Under the pieces are notes generated by a model, which saw only the letters and a program-made list of their open reading frames with translations, was not told the origin of the DNA and ran no database searches. Of a stretch of 24,000 nucleotides of DNA, positions 10,321 through 18,786 are shown one piece after another (the stretch's first letter is position 1; every line of letters begins with the position of its first letter). Origin of the DNA: Buttiauxella noackiae ATCC 51607 (GTDB lineage Bacteria > Pseudomonadota > Gammaproteobacteria > Enterobacterales > Enterobacteriaceae); contig NZ_LXEO01000028.1 of NCBI RefSeq assembly GCF_001654865.1, positions 28,914 through 52,913 on the forward strand, written 5' to 3'. The position numbers and the translations under genes are program-made.

Positions 10321-10874
10321 GCACCTGCCTCCTTGTTGTATTTATCCCACAGCGGTTTTAATTCTTGCTGCCAGACGCGATCGTTAAGATCCCCCGCGTG
10401 GCGATAGCGAATGATCCCTTTACCATCGATCAGGAAAGTTTCTGGTGCGCCATAAACGCCCAGATCTAACCCCAGCATGCCGTTGCCATCAAACAGGCTC
10501 AGCGCGTAAGGGTTACCCAATTCATTCAGCCAGGTAATCGCTTTGCGGCGGTCGTCTTTATAATTCATACCGACTACGCGTACGCCTTGTGCCTTGAGCC
10601 CATTGAGATACTGATGCTCTGCGCGACAGGTCGGGCACCAGGTTGCCCATACGTTGAGTAATAACGGTTTGCCATCAGTCAGAGCTGACTGGTCATAAAT
10701 CTTGCCCGGGTTTTCCAAAGACTCCAGTCGGAACACCGGCACCGCTTTACCAACCAATGCAGATTCGAGATTGGTCGGGTCATCGCCCTGCGCATTACGT
10801 GCCAGTTGCCACAGTAACATCGCAGCCAACAAGAGAAATAAAACGAGCGGGATAAATAATACTTTGCGCTTCAT
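10317..10874 (-). CDS. ccmG: Thiol:disulfide interchange protein CcmG/DsbE
   Basis: The 185-aa ORF has an N-terminal membrane anchor and a thioredoxin fold with the WCPTC active site. Confidence 0.92.
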   Translation of the reverse strand: MKRKVLFIPLVLFLLLAAMLLWQLARNAQGDDPTNLESALVGKAVPVFRLESLENPGKIYDQSALTDGKPLLLNVWATWCPTCRAEHQYLNGLKAQGVRVVGMNYKDDRRKAITWLNELGNPYALSLFDGNGMLGLDLGVYGAPETFLIDGKGIIRYRHAGDLNDRVWQQELKPLWDKYNKEAGA

Positions 10875-12823
10875 GCAGCCTCCGGCATGTTTTTACGCTG
10901 ACGGTAACGTGGGTCAAATAAACAGAACAGGCCGCCGAGCGTCATCAATATTCCGCCCATCCAAATCCAGCGCACAAAAGGTTTGTAATAGAGACGCACC
11001 GCCCAACTGCCATCATCTAACTCTTCACCCAGAGCAGCGTAGAGATCGCGCGTCACACCGCCGTCAATTGCCGCTTCAGTCATCATGGCGCGGTTGCTGT
11101 TGTAGAAACGTTTTTCAGCATGCAGCGTGGCTTCAGGTTTGCCATTACGCGTCACGTCGATAATACCCACGCCGCCACGGTAATTCGGGCCCGTCAATTC
11201 ATGAACATCGCGGAACACAAAGTGGTATTGGTGGATGTCGATGCTGTCGCCCGCTTTCATACGCACATCCCGTTCGACACTGTAATTCTGGCTAAAGGCG
11301 ATACCGACGACAGTTACCGCCAACCCCAGATGCCCAAACACCATGCCCCAATGGCTGCGTGGCAATTTCCATAACCCTTTCAGCAAACCATGGCGATGCG
11401 TGGCGCGATCAAAGACTTCGGTTAACGCCAGCACAAATACCCAGACCGCCATAAGTAAACCGATGACCGTCATCGCTTCGATACGGTCTTGCATCAACCA
11501 GGGCAAAGTTAACGCCAGCACAACGGTCACCACGACGGCAATCACCAGTCGTTTAATCAGCTTTTGCGGCTCATCACGACGCCAGCGCACCAGCGGGCCA
11601 ATGCCGAGCAGCAGCGCGAACGGTGCCATCAACGCGGTAAACATCGTGTTGAAGAACGGCTCACCAATAGAAATGCTGCCCAACCCCAGTTGCTTGTGCA
11701 CCAAAGGCAGCAGCGTTCCTAACAACACCACCAGCATTGCAGCGATTAACAGCACGTTATTGCCGAGCAAAAATGATTCCCGCGACCACAAACTATTGCC
11801 GACACGTGAACGCACTTTACTGCCCTGAACCGCATACAGTAGCAGCGAACCGCCAATCACAATCACCAGGAACGCGAGGATAAACATGCCGCGCGCCGGG
11901 TCAGAGGCAAATGAGTGCACCGATACCAGCACGCCCGAGCGAACCAGGAACGTGCCGAGCAGGCACAGCGAGAATGCGGTAATCGCCAGCAGCACCGTCC
12001 AGGCTTTGAAGCTGCCACGTTTTTCCGTCACTGACAGAGAGTGGATTAACGCAGTACCCGCAAGCCATGGCATAAACGAGGCGTTTTCTACCGGGTCCCA
12101 GAACCACCAGCCGCCCCAACCCAGCTCGTAATAAGCCCAGGCCGAACCTAAAACAATGCCGATGGTTAAAAATGACCAGGCCGCTAACGTCCACGGACGC
12201 GTCCAGCGCGCCCAGGCAGAATCGAGTTTTCCGGCCATCAGCGCGGCGATAGAGAACGCAAACGCCACCGAGAAACCGACATACCCCATGTACAACAGTG
12301 GCGGGTGGAAAATCAGCCCGATATCTTGCAACAGCGGATTCAGGTCGCGACCTTCGATAGGGAAGTCAGGCAACGTACGGGTGAACGGATTAGAGGTGAA
12401 AATGATAAACAGCAGAAAGCCGAAATTAATCATCCCCATTACCGCCAGCACACGTGCTACGGCATCTTGTGGCATGCTGCGACTAAACAGCGCCACTGCA
12501 AATGTCCAGGCACTCAGCAACAATACCCAAAGCAGCAATGAGCCTTCATGCGCGCCCCATGTGGCGGCAACGCGATACCACACCGGCAGTTCGCTGTTGG
12601 AGTTATTTGCGACGTACAGCACGGTAAAATCATTCACCACAAACGCATTTACCAGCACCAGGAAACAGGCGCATAGCGTGATAAACAGCGCCCATGCTAA
12701 CGGTCGGGCAGAGGCCATCAACCGTGAGTCATTACGCTTCACGCCCCACAGCGGGTAAACACTGAGTAACAATGACCAGCCGAGCGCCAGACAAAGCAAA
12801 AAACTGCCAATTTCTGGCATCAT
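10871..12823 (-). CDS. ccmF: Cytochrome c heme lyase subunit CcmF
   Basis: The 650-aa polytopic membrane protein carries the WWD motif [18 protein letters not shown]. Confidence 0.93.
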   Translation of the reverse strand: MMPEIGSFLLCLALGWSLLLSVYPLWGVKRNDSRLMASARPLAWALFITLCACFLVLVNAFVVNDFTVLYVANNSNSELPVWYRVAATWGAHEGSLLLWVLLLSAWTFAVALFSRSMPQDAVARVLAVMGMINFGFLLFIIFTSNPFTRTLPDFPIEGRDLNPLLQDIGLIFHPPLLYMGYVGFSVAFAFSIAALMAGKLDSAWARWTRPWTLAAWSFLTIGIVLGSAWAYYELGWGGWWFWDPVENASFMPWLAGTALIHSLSVTEKRGSFKAWTVLLAITAFSLCLLGTFLVRSGVLVSVHSFASDPARGMFILAFLVIVIGGSLLLYAVQGSKVRSRVGNSLWSRESFLLGNNVLLIAAMLVVLLGTLLPLVHKQLGLGSISIGEPFFNTMFTALMAPFALLLGIGPLVRWRRDEPQKLIKRLVIAVVVTVVLALTLPWLMQDRIEAMTVIGLLMAVWVFVLALTEVFDRATHRHGLLKGLWKLPRSHWGMVFGHLGLAVTVVGIAFSQNYSVERDVRMKAGDSIDIHQYHFVFRDVHELTGPNYRGGVGIIDVTRNGKPEATLHAEKRFYNSNRAMMTEAAIDGGVTRDLYAALGEELDDGSWAVRLYYKPFVRWIWMGGILMTLGGLFCLFDPRYRQRKNMPEAA

Positions 12824-13299
12824 GAGGCGTTATCCTTGTAGGCCTGTGGAGCGCGTTGGTGATTTTTTTCCATCGCTTCTTTTACTTCCGGCGGCGTGTA
12901 ATTTTCATCATGTTTCGCCAACACTTCTTTGGCTTCAATCTTATTACCGGCTTCAAACACGCCTTGTGCGACCACGCCCTGCCCCTCGCGGAATAAGTCA
13001 GGCAAAATACCAACGTAGCTGACATCTACCACGCCGCTGACATCATAGAGTTTGAAAGTCACTTTCAGCGTCTGGTTATCACGCTTGACGCTGCCGGGCT
13101 GAACCATTCCGCCAACGCGCAAACGCTGCCCCACTTCCGGCAACTGGTGGCTTTCGCCTTTGCCATACAGAATTTCACTCGGGGTATAGAAGAGATCGAT
13201 ATTGCTACGTAACGCATACAGCACCAGCGTGATAGTAAGTCCTAACCCCACCAGCACAGAAAGCGCCAGATATAATCGATTTTTACGACGCGTGTTCAT
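12820..13299 (-). CDS. ccmE: Heme chaperone CcmE
   Basis: The 159-aa ORF has an N-terminal anchor and the heme-binding signature [13 protein letters not shown]. Confidence 0.93.
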   Translation of the reverse strand: MNTRRKNRLYLALSVLVGLGLTITLVLYALRSNIDLFYTPSEILYGKGESHQLPEVGQRLRVGGMVQPGSVKRDNQTLKVTFKLYDVSGVVDVSYVGILPDLFREGQGVVAQGVFEAGNKIEAKEVLAKHDENYTPPEVKEAMEKNHQRAPQAYKDNAS

Positions 13300-13508
13300 T
13301 CAGTTCCCTCTGCCTGGCGTGCTGCCTGAATCCGTTTTTCTCGCGCCTGTTGGCGCGTGACTGAATTTAAAATGGTGCGATGCTGCAAACGGGTATGCAC
13401 CACCAACATCAGTAATGGGATAAAGGTCAACGTGACGGCAAGCCAGACATAAAACGCATAGCCACCCATGGCAAAAAAATCAGTCCAGCTTACAAATGCG
13501 CTGTTCAT
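13296..13508 (-). CDS. ccmD: Heme exporter protein CcmD
   Basis: This 70-aa single-TM protein sits between ccmC and ccmE, with 4-bp overlaps on both sides. Confidence 0.85.
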   Translation of the reverse strand: MNSAFVSWTDFFAMGGYAFYVWLAVTLTFIPLLMLVVHTRLQHRTILNSVTRQQAREKRIQAARQAEGTE

Positions 13509-14242
13509 GCGCTTCTCCCTTTATTCGCCAGCGCCGTCACCCATGAGCGGCGCTGCTCCTGAAGCAAAATAAGATTACGCATACGCATTAACGTCAGCGT
13601 GGCAAACAGCATCAGAAAACCGAAGATAGTCAGGCGCAGCGGAGTGCGCATCGAAGGGTCAATACTTTGCTGCATATTGGTGGAACCCTGATGCAGCGTG
13701 TTCCACCACTCCACCGAGAAGTGGATAATCGGCAAGTTCACCACGCCCACCAGCACCAGAATACCTGCGGCACGCCCGGCCAGACGGCGGTCGTCAAAGG
13801 CGTTATACAACGCAATCACACCGATATAGAGAAACAACAGCACTAGTTCGGAAGTCAGACGTGCATCCCACACCCACCAGGTTCCCCACATCGGTTTGCC
13901 CCATGCAGCGCCCGTCACCAGCGCAATAAAGGTAAACACCGCACCCACCGGGGCCATTGCCGCCACAGCAAGGTCAGACATTTTCATCTGCCACACCAGG
14001 CCGATAAACGCCGCCACGGCCATCGAGCCATAGATGCCCATCGACCAGATTGCCGCAGGCACATGAAGATACATAATGCGATAGCTTTGTCCTTGTTGAT
14101 AATCCGCAGGCGCGAAACCAAAACCCCAGACACAACCGACCACTAACAACACCACGCTGATAAGCGCAAACCACGGCACCAAACGCCCACAAAGCTGATA
14201 AAGCCGCTCGGGTTTAGCGAGTTGATGTAACCATTTCCACAT
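13505..14242 (-). CDS. ccmC: Heme exporter protein CcmC
   Basis: The 245-aa ORF carries the WWD motif WGKPMWGTWWVWDARLT. Confidence 0.93.
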   Translation of the reverse strand: MWKWLHQLAKPERLYQLCGRLVPWFALISVVLLVVGCVWGFGFAPADYQQGQSYRIMYLHVPAAIWSMGIYGSMAVAAFIGLVWQMKMSDLAVAAMAPVGAVFTFIALVTGAAWGKPMWGTWWVWDARLTSELVLLFLYIGVIALYNAFDDRRLAGRAAGILVLVGVVNLPIIHFSVEWWNTLHQGSTNMQQSIDPSMRTPLRLTIFGFLMLFATLTLMRMRNLILLQEQRRSWVTALANKGRSA

Positions 14243-14269
14243 AATCGTTGCTCACAAAAAAGTTGCTTT

Positions 14270-14358
14270 GGTAGATGACGCTTCGCTTATCTACCCTACA
14301 ACATATTGATATATCTTATTTTATTTAGGTCGAGTAAGGCGCAAGCCACCACCCGACA
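14270..14358. repeat. Two REP-like palindromic units inside the ccmB-ccmC intergenic spacer
   Basis: The units are ggtagatgacgcttcgcttatctaccctaca (14270-14300) and taggtcgagtaaggcgcaagccaccacccgaca (14327-14358). The first is near-identical in pattern to the REP units at 1836-1906. Confidence 0.65.
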
Positions 14359-14363
14359 TAATT

Positions 14364-15023
14364 TTATTGCACGCTAATGCGCAGTGCCGCTGCCGTGGCA
14401 AACGGGCTTAGTGTAGCGCTTGATGCCAGAAGCGCACCAAGAATGGCCATGTAACCGTCAACAGGAAGATGCATAGAGGCTGCATCCATGGCGGCGGTGG
14501 CAAAAATTAACAGCGGGATAGTCAGTGGTAACACCAGCAGACTCAACAACACGCCGCTACGCCGCAAACCTACAGTTAACCCCACGCCAGGTGCACCAAG
14601 AAAACTCAGCGTCGGAGTCCCAAGCAGCAACGTAAGTGCCATCACCTTCCAGGCGTAAAAATCTAACCCCAGCAAGAGCGCGGCAAGAGGCGAGAGGATC
14701 AGCAGCGGCAAACCCGTCACCACCCAGTGAGCGGTCACTTTCGCTAACACCACCATCGGTAAAGGAATTGGCAGCAACATCAGTTGCTCAAGCGAGCCAT
14801 CCTGAAAGTCATCGCGAAACAATCTGTCCATCGCCAGCAGTGATGCCAACAATGCAGCCACCCAAATCACGCCAGGCGCTATTCGTGCAAGTAATTGCGG
14901 CTCCGGGCCAATGCCTAATGGAAACAGGGTGATAACTATCAGAAAGAACCACAGAGGGTTGGCGATCTCCGCACCTTTTCGGAACACCACGCGCAGTTCA
15001 TGCAGAAAAACTCTGCGCATCAT
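14364..15023 (-). CDS. ccmB: Heme exporter membrane subunit CcmB
   Basis: The 219-aa hydrophobic ORF follows ccmA with a 4-bp overlap. Its order and size match CcmB. Confidence 0.9.
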   Translation of the reverse strand: MMRRVFLHELRVVFRKGAEIANPLWFFLIVITLFPLGIGPEPQLLARIAPGVIWVAALLASLLAMDRLFRDDFQDGSLEQLMLLPIPLPMVVLAKVTAHWVVTGLPLLILSPLAALLLGLDFYAWKVMALTLLLGTPTLSFLGAPGVGLTVGLRRSGVLLSLLVLPLTIPLLIFATAAMDAASMHLPVDGYMAILGALLASSATLSPFATAAALRISVQ

Positions 15024-15628
15024 GCCAGTTTCTCCTGCAAATGGATCTGGCGCAGATTGCTGACTGCCAGCGGCTGATGCGTGGTGAGAATCACCATGCC
15101 GCCTTGTTCGGTATGCAGCTTGAGCTGCCGGGTGAGTTTTTCCACACCCGTAACATCAATGGCGGTAAAAGGCTCATCAAGTATCCAGAGCTTTTGCGAA
15201 CTTAGCCATAATCGGGCCAGCGCCACCCGGCGTTGTTGCCCGGCGGAAAGTTGGTTAACCGGGACATCTTCAAAACCAAGTAAACCAACCTCAGTTAGCG
15301 CTTGCCAACGTAGGCTTTCCGCACTGTTTGCATGGTAGAAGCTGAGATTTTCAAAGGCGGTAAGAACGGTTTTGATGCCCGGCTGATGTCCGAGCCACAA
15401 CAAATCCTGATGATATTGATAGCGCGCACGGGACAACCCTTCCCCTTGCCACTTCACTTCGCCATCCTCAGGCTGTGCAAGGCCCGCCAGAATCCGCAAT
15501 AACGATGTTTTCCCTGCCCCATTTTTGCCGGCGATTTGCACCATTTCACCCGGGCATACGGTGAACGACAACTCGCTAAATAACACGCGATCGTCACGTA
15601 TGCAGGTCAGGTTAACGGCATCAAGCAT
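15020..15628 (-). CDS. ccmA: Heme exporter ATP-binding subunit CcmA
   Basis: It has Walker A GKNGAGKT, the ABC signature LSAGQQRR and Walker B LWILDEP. The ATG at 15628 (MLDAVNLTC...) has an aaggag RBS about 10 nt upstream and aligns with the E. coli CcmA N-terminus. The alternative start at 15664 adds 12 aa. Confidence 0.88.
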   Translation of the reverse strand: MLDAVNLTCIRDDRVLFSELSFTVCPGEMVQIAGKNGAGKTSLLRILAGLAQPEDGEVKWQGEGLSRARYQYHQDLLWLGHQPGIKTVLTAFENLSFYHANSAESLRWQALTEVGLLGFEDVPVNQLSAGQQRRVALARLWLSSQKLWILDEPFTAIDVTGVEKLTRQLKLHTEQGGMVILTTHQPLAVSNLRQIHLQEKLA

Positions 15629-15832
15629 TTGAGGAACACTCCTTGTCTCGGGAAACAAAATCATAACACATCATAGGCTTTGCTCCAGATGGGCTGCCGC
15701 ATCTGCGGTACTCCAAAAGAGGTAATCCTCACACCTAAGATCAAAATTAAGTCGAATTCACCAGTGTTGCAGGGAATAAAGCCAAAAGCCGCTACGCTTA
15801 ATGGAATAGTTAACCGGTGAGTGATCTAAAAA

Positions 15833-16786
15833 ATGGATGAATTAAAAGAAGACAAAATCGACAAATCCACCGATGAGATTGAAGTCGAAAGTGACGAAAA
15901 AGACCACGGCGAAAAGATAGAAGTCGATGAAGAACAGCTGCCATCGCGAGCTATGGCCATCCACGAACATATTCGCCAGGACGGTGAAAAAGAGCTGGAA
16001 CGTGACGCGATGGCGCTGTTGTGGTCTGCGATTGCAGCGGGCCTGTCGATGGGGGCATCATTGTTGGCAAAAGGGGTATTTCACGTCAATCTGGATGGCG
16101 TGCCCGGCAGCTTTCTGCTGGAAAACCTCGGCTACACTTTCGGGTTTATCATCGTCATTATGGCGCGACAACAGTTGTTCACCGAGAACACCGTTACCGC
16201 TGTGCTGCCCGTAATGCACAAACCAACCGGGTCAAACTTCCTGCTGTTACTGCGCTTATGGGGTATGGTTTTGCTTGGCAACATGATTGGCACCGGGCTT
16301 GCCGCTTATGCATTTGAATATATGCCGATATTTGATGAGCAAACGCGCGATGCATTCGTGAAAATCGGCATGGATGTGATGAAAAACACCCCAGGGGAGA
16401 TGTTCGCCAACGCCATTATTTCCGGTTGGATAATCGCCACTATGGTGTGGATGTTCCCGTCGGCGGGTTCGGCAAAAATTGTTGTCATCATCATCATGAC
16501 CTGGCTGGTCGCGCTGGGTGATTTAACCCATATCGTGGTCGGCTCCGTGGAGATCCTCTACCTGGTCTTTAACGGCACCATTCACTGGAGCGATTTCTTC
16601 TGGCCATTCGCCTTGCCAACCCTCGCAGGCAATATTTGCGGCGGCACATTTATCTTCGCACTGATTAGCCACGCGCAAATCCGTAACGATATGAGTACTA
16701 AGAAAAAAGCCGAAGCGAAGGCTAAAGCAAAGCGCAAACAGGAAGTTGAAGATGGCAAAAGAGAAAAACAGACGCAACGCACTTAA
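15833..16786 (+). CDS. yfdC: Formate/nitrite transporter (FNT) family inner-membrane protein YfdC
   Basis: The 317-aa core ...LPSRAMAIHEHIRQDGEKELERDAMALLWSAIAAGLSMGASLL... is colinear with E. coli YfdC. It lies immediately upstream of argW, as in K-12. Confidence 0.9.
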   Translation: MDELKEDKIDKSTDEIEVESDEKDHGEKIEVDEEQLPSRAMAIHEHIRQDGEKELERDAMALLWSAIAAGLSMGASLLAKGVFHVNLDGVPGSFLLENLGYTFGFIIVIMARQQLFTENTVTAVLPVMHKPTGSNFLLLLRLWGMVLLGNMIGTGLAAYAFEYMPIFDEQTRDAFVKIGMDVMKNTPGEMFANAIISGWIIATMVWMFPSAGSAKIVVIIIMTWLVALGDLTHIVVGSVEILYLVFNGTIHWSDFFWPFALPTLAGNICGGTFIFALISHAQIRNDMSTKKKAEAKAKAKRKQEVEDGKREKQTQRT

Positions 16787-16823
16787 AACTGGTTACGTTT
16801 CAGGCAATCAACCTGCTTGCCCC

Positions 16824-16851
16824 TTAACGTCGCCCTAAAAGCGGGTATACT
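16824..16851 (+). promoter_or_regulatory. Candidate sigma70 promoter of argW
   Basis: A TTAACG -35 and a TATACT -10 are separated by a 16-nt spacer. A GC-rich discriminator (acgcccgc) follows, as is typical of stable-RNA promoters, about 40 nt upstream of the mature tRNA 5' end. Confidence 0.4.
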
Positions 16852-16891
16852 ACGCCCGCAACACCCGCCCGCGCAGCCCAGCGGGTGTTAA

Positions 16892-16966
16892 GTCCTCTTA
16901 GTTAAATGGATATAACAAGCCCCTCCTAAGGGCTAGTTGCAGGTTCGATTCCTGCAGGGGACACCA
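16892..16966 (+). tRNA. argW: tRNA-Arg (anticodon CCU)
   Basis: The 75-nt sequence is GTCCTCTTAGTTAAATGGATATAACAAGCCCCTCCTAAGGGCTAGTTGCAGGTTCGATTCCTGCAGGGGACACCA. It folds into a cloverleaf with a 7-bp acceptor stem (one G-U pair), anticodon loop CTCCTAA, T-arm GCAGG/TTCGATT/CCTGC and an encoded CCA. It is nearly identical to E. coli argW. Confidence 0.95.
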
Positions 16967-17313
16967 TCTCGATATCAACAGAAATTTTCCCTTCTTTAGC
17001 ATCGAAGACACAGTCAGCAATAAATATCACCGAGCTACTGCATGATGCTCATGTTATTGCGTCTCGTCGCAACCGAGCAAATTCCGGGCCATCGTATTAG
17101 CGAATTTTGGCAATGTTTGCTGCGTAACGGGAAGCTCTGATCATAGTGTTGATTAATTTATCCGCAATAAAGTACCGAATATTCACTTTCGTTCATTCTG
17201 GTCCAAATCAATCATTCCTGATGTTCGAAAAAATAGAATACGCAATAAAAATGAGCGATTTAATTTTAACCACCTCTCAAAGTGCGGGTAAAAACCACCA
17301 ACTCACTTTTTGA

Positions 17314-17329
17314 TGTGAATTTCATCACA
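17314..17329. promoter_or_regulatory. CRP (cAMP receptor protein) binding site upstream of the sgc operon
   Basis: TGTGA-atttca-TCACA is an exact match to both half-sites of the CRP consensus TGTGA-N6-TCACA. Its centre is about 67 nt upstream of the sgcX ATG, and a weak -10-like cataac lies about 25 nt downstream. Confidence 0.65.
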
Positions 17330-17388
17330 TTTTATCAATCAGTTACCCCGCATAACATCCTCTCTGTCAGTCATTATTGAGGTTGATT

Positions 17389-18498
17389 ATGTCATTTGAT
17401 ACCCGTTCCACTCTGATGCAACTGTTGTCCCTGGACGCCATACCCGGCCATGAAACAATTGTTGCAGACGTTATTGAGCCTCTTCTTGCGCAGGGAGCAA
17501 TCAGTACACACCGGGATGTTCTGGGCAATGTCATTGCACAGTTTGGTAGCCAGGATCCAGACGCGCTGCGGATAATGGTGTTCGCCCATATGGATGAAGT
17601 CGGCTTTATGGTTCGCAAAATAGAACAAAACGGTTTTATTCGTTTTGAACGAGTAGGCGGCCCCGCGCAAATTACGATGTCCGGCTCCACGGTAAATTTA
17701 CAGGGCAGTAAAGGCAGTGTGCCCGGTTGTATCGGGATCAAATCTTATCATTTCAGTAAAGGGGATGAACGAACCCACCAGCCTGCTATCGACCAACTGT
17801 GGATCGATATCGGTGCCAGCAGCAAACAGGATGCGCTGGCAATGGGCGTTAATGTCGGTACGCCTATCACCCTGAATAACCCACCGCGTAAGCTGGGCAA
17901 CAATCTGGTGTGCAGCAAAGCGCTGGATAATCGTCTGGGCTGCACCGCTTTGCTGGGGCTTGCGGATAAAGTCGCTGGAAAATCGCTGGATGTAGCTTTG
18001 TTTATCGTTGCCGCAGTGCAAGAAGAATTTAACATTCGCGGCATCCTTCCTGCCGTTAACGCCATCCGTCCGGATCTAACCATTGGCATTGATATCACCC
18101 CTTCATGCGACACCCCGGATCTCGCCGACTACGCTGATCTGGTGATAAATCAAGGACCAGGCATCACATGTCTGAACTATCACGGACGTGGAACGCTGGC
18201 CGGTCTTATTACCTCTCCCAAAGTGGTTCAATGGCTTGAGACGACTGCTGAGCAGCATCACATCCCGGTTCAGCGTGAAGTCGCCCCCGGCGTGATCACT
18301 GAAAGCGGATATATCCAGCTTCAGCAAGACGGCATCCTCTGCGCGGGCCTGTCCATTCCTTGTCGTTACACCCATTCCCCAAGTGAAGTTGCCAGCCTGA
18401 GCGACCTGCAACACTGCATCGATCTGCTGGCACACCTGGTAGCGGCTAAAGCTGAAACCTTCCCGTTAACAACCAAAGAAAGGAGATCACCACAATGA
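17389..18498 (+). CDS. sgcX: M42-family metallo-aminopeptidase/endoglucanase-like protein SgcX
   Basis: MSFDTRSTLMQLLSLDAIPGHE...FAHMDEVGFMVRKIE...VQEEFNIRG... is colinear with E. coli SgcX. The ATG at 17389 has a gagg RBS 6 nt upstream. The track start at 17377 is a TTG. Confidence 0.88.
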   Translation: MSFDTRSTLMQLLSLDAIPGHETIVADVIEPLLAQGAISTHRDVLGNVIAQFGSQDPDALRIMVFAHMDEVGFMVRKIEQNGFIRFERVGGPAQITMSGSTVNLQGSKGSVPGCIGIKSYHFSKGDERTHQPAIDQLWIDIGASSKQDALAMGVNVGTPITLNNPPRKLGNNLVCSKALDNRLGCTALLGLADKVAGKSLDVALFIVAAVQEEFNIRGILPAVNAIRPDLTIGIDITPSCDTPDLADYADLVINQGPGITCLNYHGRGTLAGLITSPKVVQWLETTAEQHHIPVQREVAPGVITESGYIQLQQDGILCAGLSIPCRYTHSPSEVASLSDLQHCIDLLAHLVAAKAETFPLTTKERRSPQ

Positions 18499-18770
18499 AG
18501 AAGATACTTGTTGCCTGTGGCACCGGCATGGCGACGTCTACCATGATAGCCCAGAAATTAACCCGTTTTCTGGGCGAAAATGGAATTAATGCCACCACTA
18601 ACCAGTGCTGCCTGAGCGAAATTCCACTCAATAAACAGGGCGTTGATCTTATCGTCACCTCCATGAAGACCAGCACGGATTACGGTGTCCCGTGTCTGAA
18701 TGGCGCTGCGTTTCTGACGGGTATTAACGATGAAGCGCTCAAGCAGCAGTTGCTCGATCTGCTGAAATAA
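18495..18770 (+). CDS. sgcB: PTS EIIB component (galactitol/Gat-type)
   Basis: The 91-aa ORF begins MKKILVACGTGMATSTMIA, which carries the phospho-Cys motif. It has an ATGA overlap with sgcX and an aggag RBS, and it matches E. coli SgcB. Confidence 0.9.
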   Translation: MKKILVACGTGMATSTMIAQKLTRFLGENGINATTNQCCLSEIPLNKQGVDLIVTSMKTSTDYGVPCLNGAAFLTGINDEALKQQLLDLLK

Positions 18771-18786
18771 CGCTGAGGATTCCATC

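Noticed and set aside
12156-12758. A 200-aa ORF on the plus strand inside ccmF. Similar long antisense ORFs occur at 570-965, 4296-4790, 4123-4491, 10702-11163, 11343-11828, 17367-17741, 17748-18113 and 20576-20923.
   Set aside because: All lie entirely antisense to, or out of frame with, confidently identified conserved genes. They have low-complexity, Arg/Ser/Pro-rich unnatural compositions and lack RBSs. These are typical shadow ORFs.
15730-15770. Possible FNR/CRP-type half-sites (agATCAAaatt, TTAAGtcgaATTCA) in the ccmA upstream region.
   Set aside because: Each half matches only 3 of 5 positions of TTGAT-N4-ATCAA. That is not distinguishable from background.
15689-15820. A 43-codon ORF (MGCRICGTPKEV...) in the ccmA-yfdC divergent intergenic region.
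   Set aside because: It has no recognisable RBS, its composition is not protein-like, and it lies where two divergent promoters are expected. It cannot be excluded without ribosome profiling.
15833-15960. The highly acidic N-terminal tail and Lys/Ala-rich C-terminal tail (16690-16786) of YfdC.
   Set aside because: The low-complexity charged termini flank an otherwise normal FNT channel core. I recall similar charged ends in E. coli YfdC, so this is not evidence of a fusion or novel domain.
17221-17313. A 30-codon ORF (MFEKIEYAIKMSDLILTTSQSAGKNHQLTF) ending immediately before the CRP site.
   Set aside because: It has no Shine-Dalgarno sequence and lies in AT-rich promoter DNA where random ORFs are common. 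I recognise no homology.
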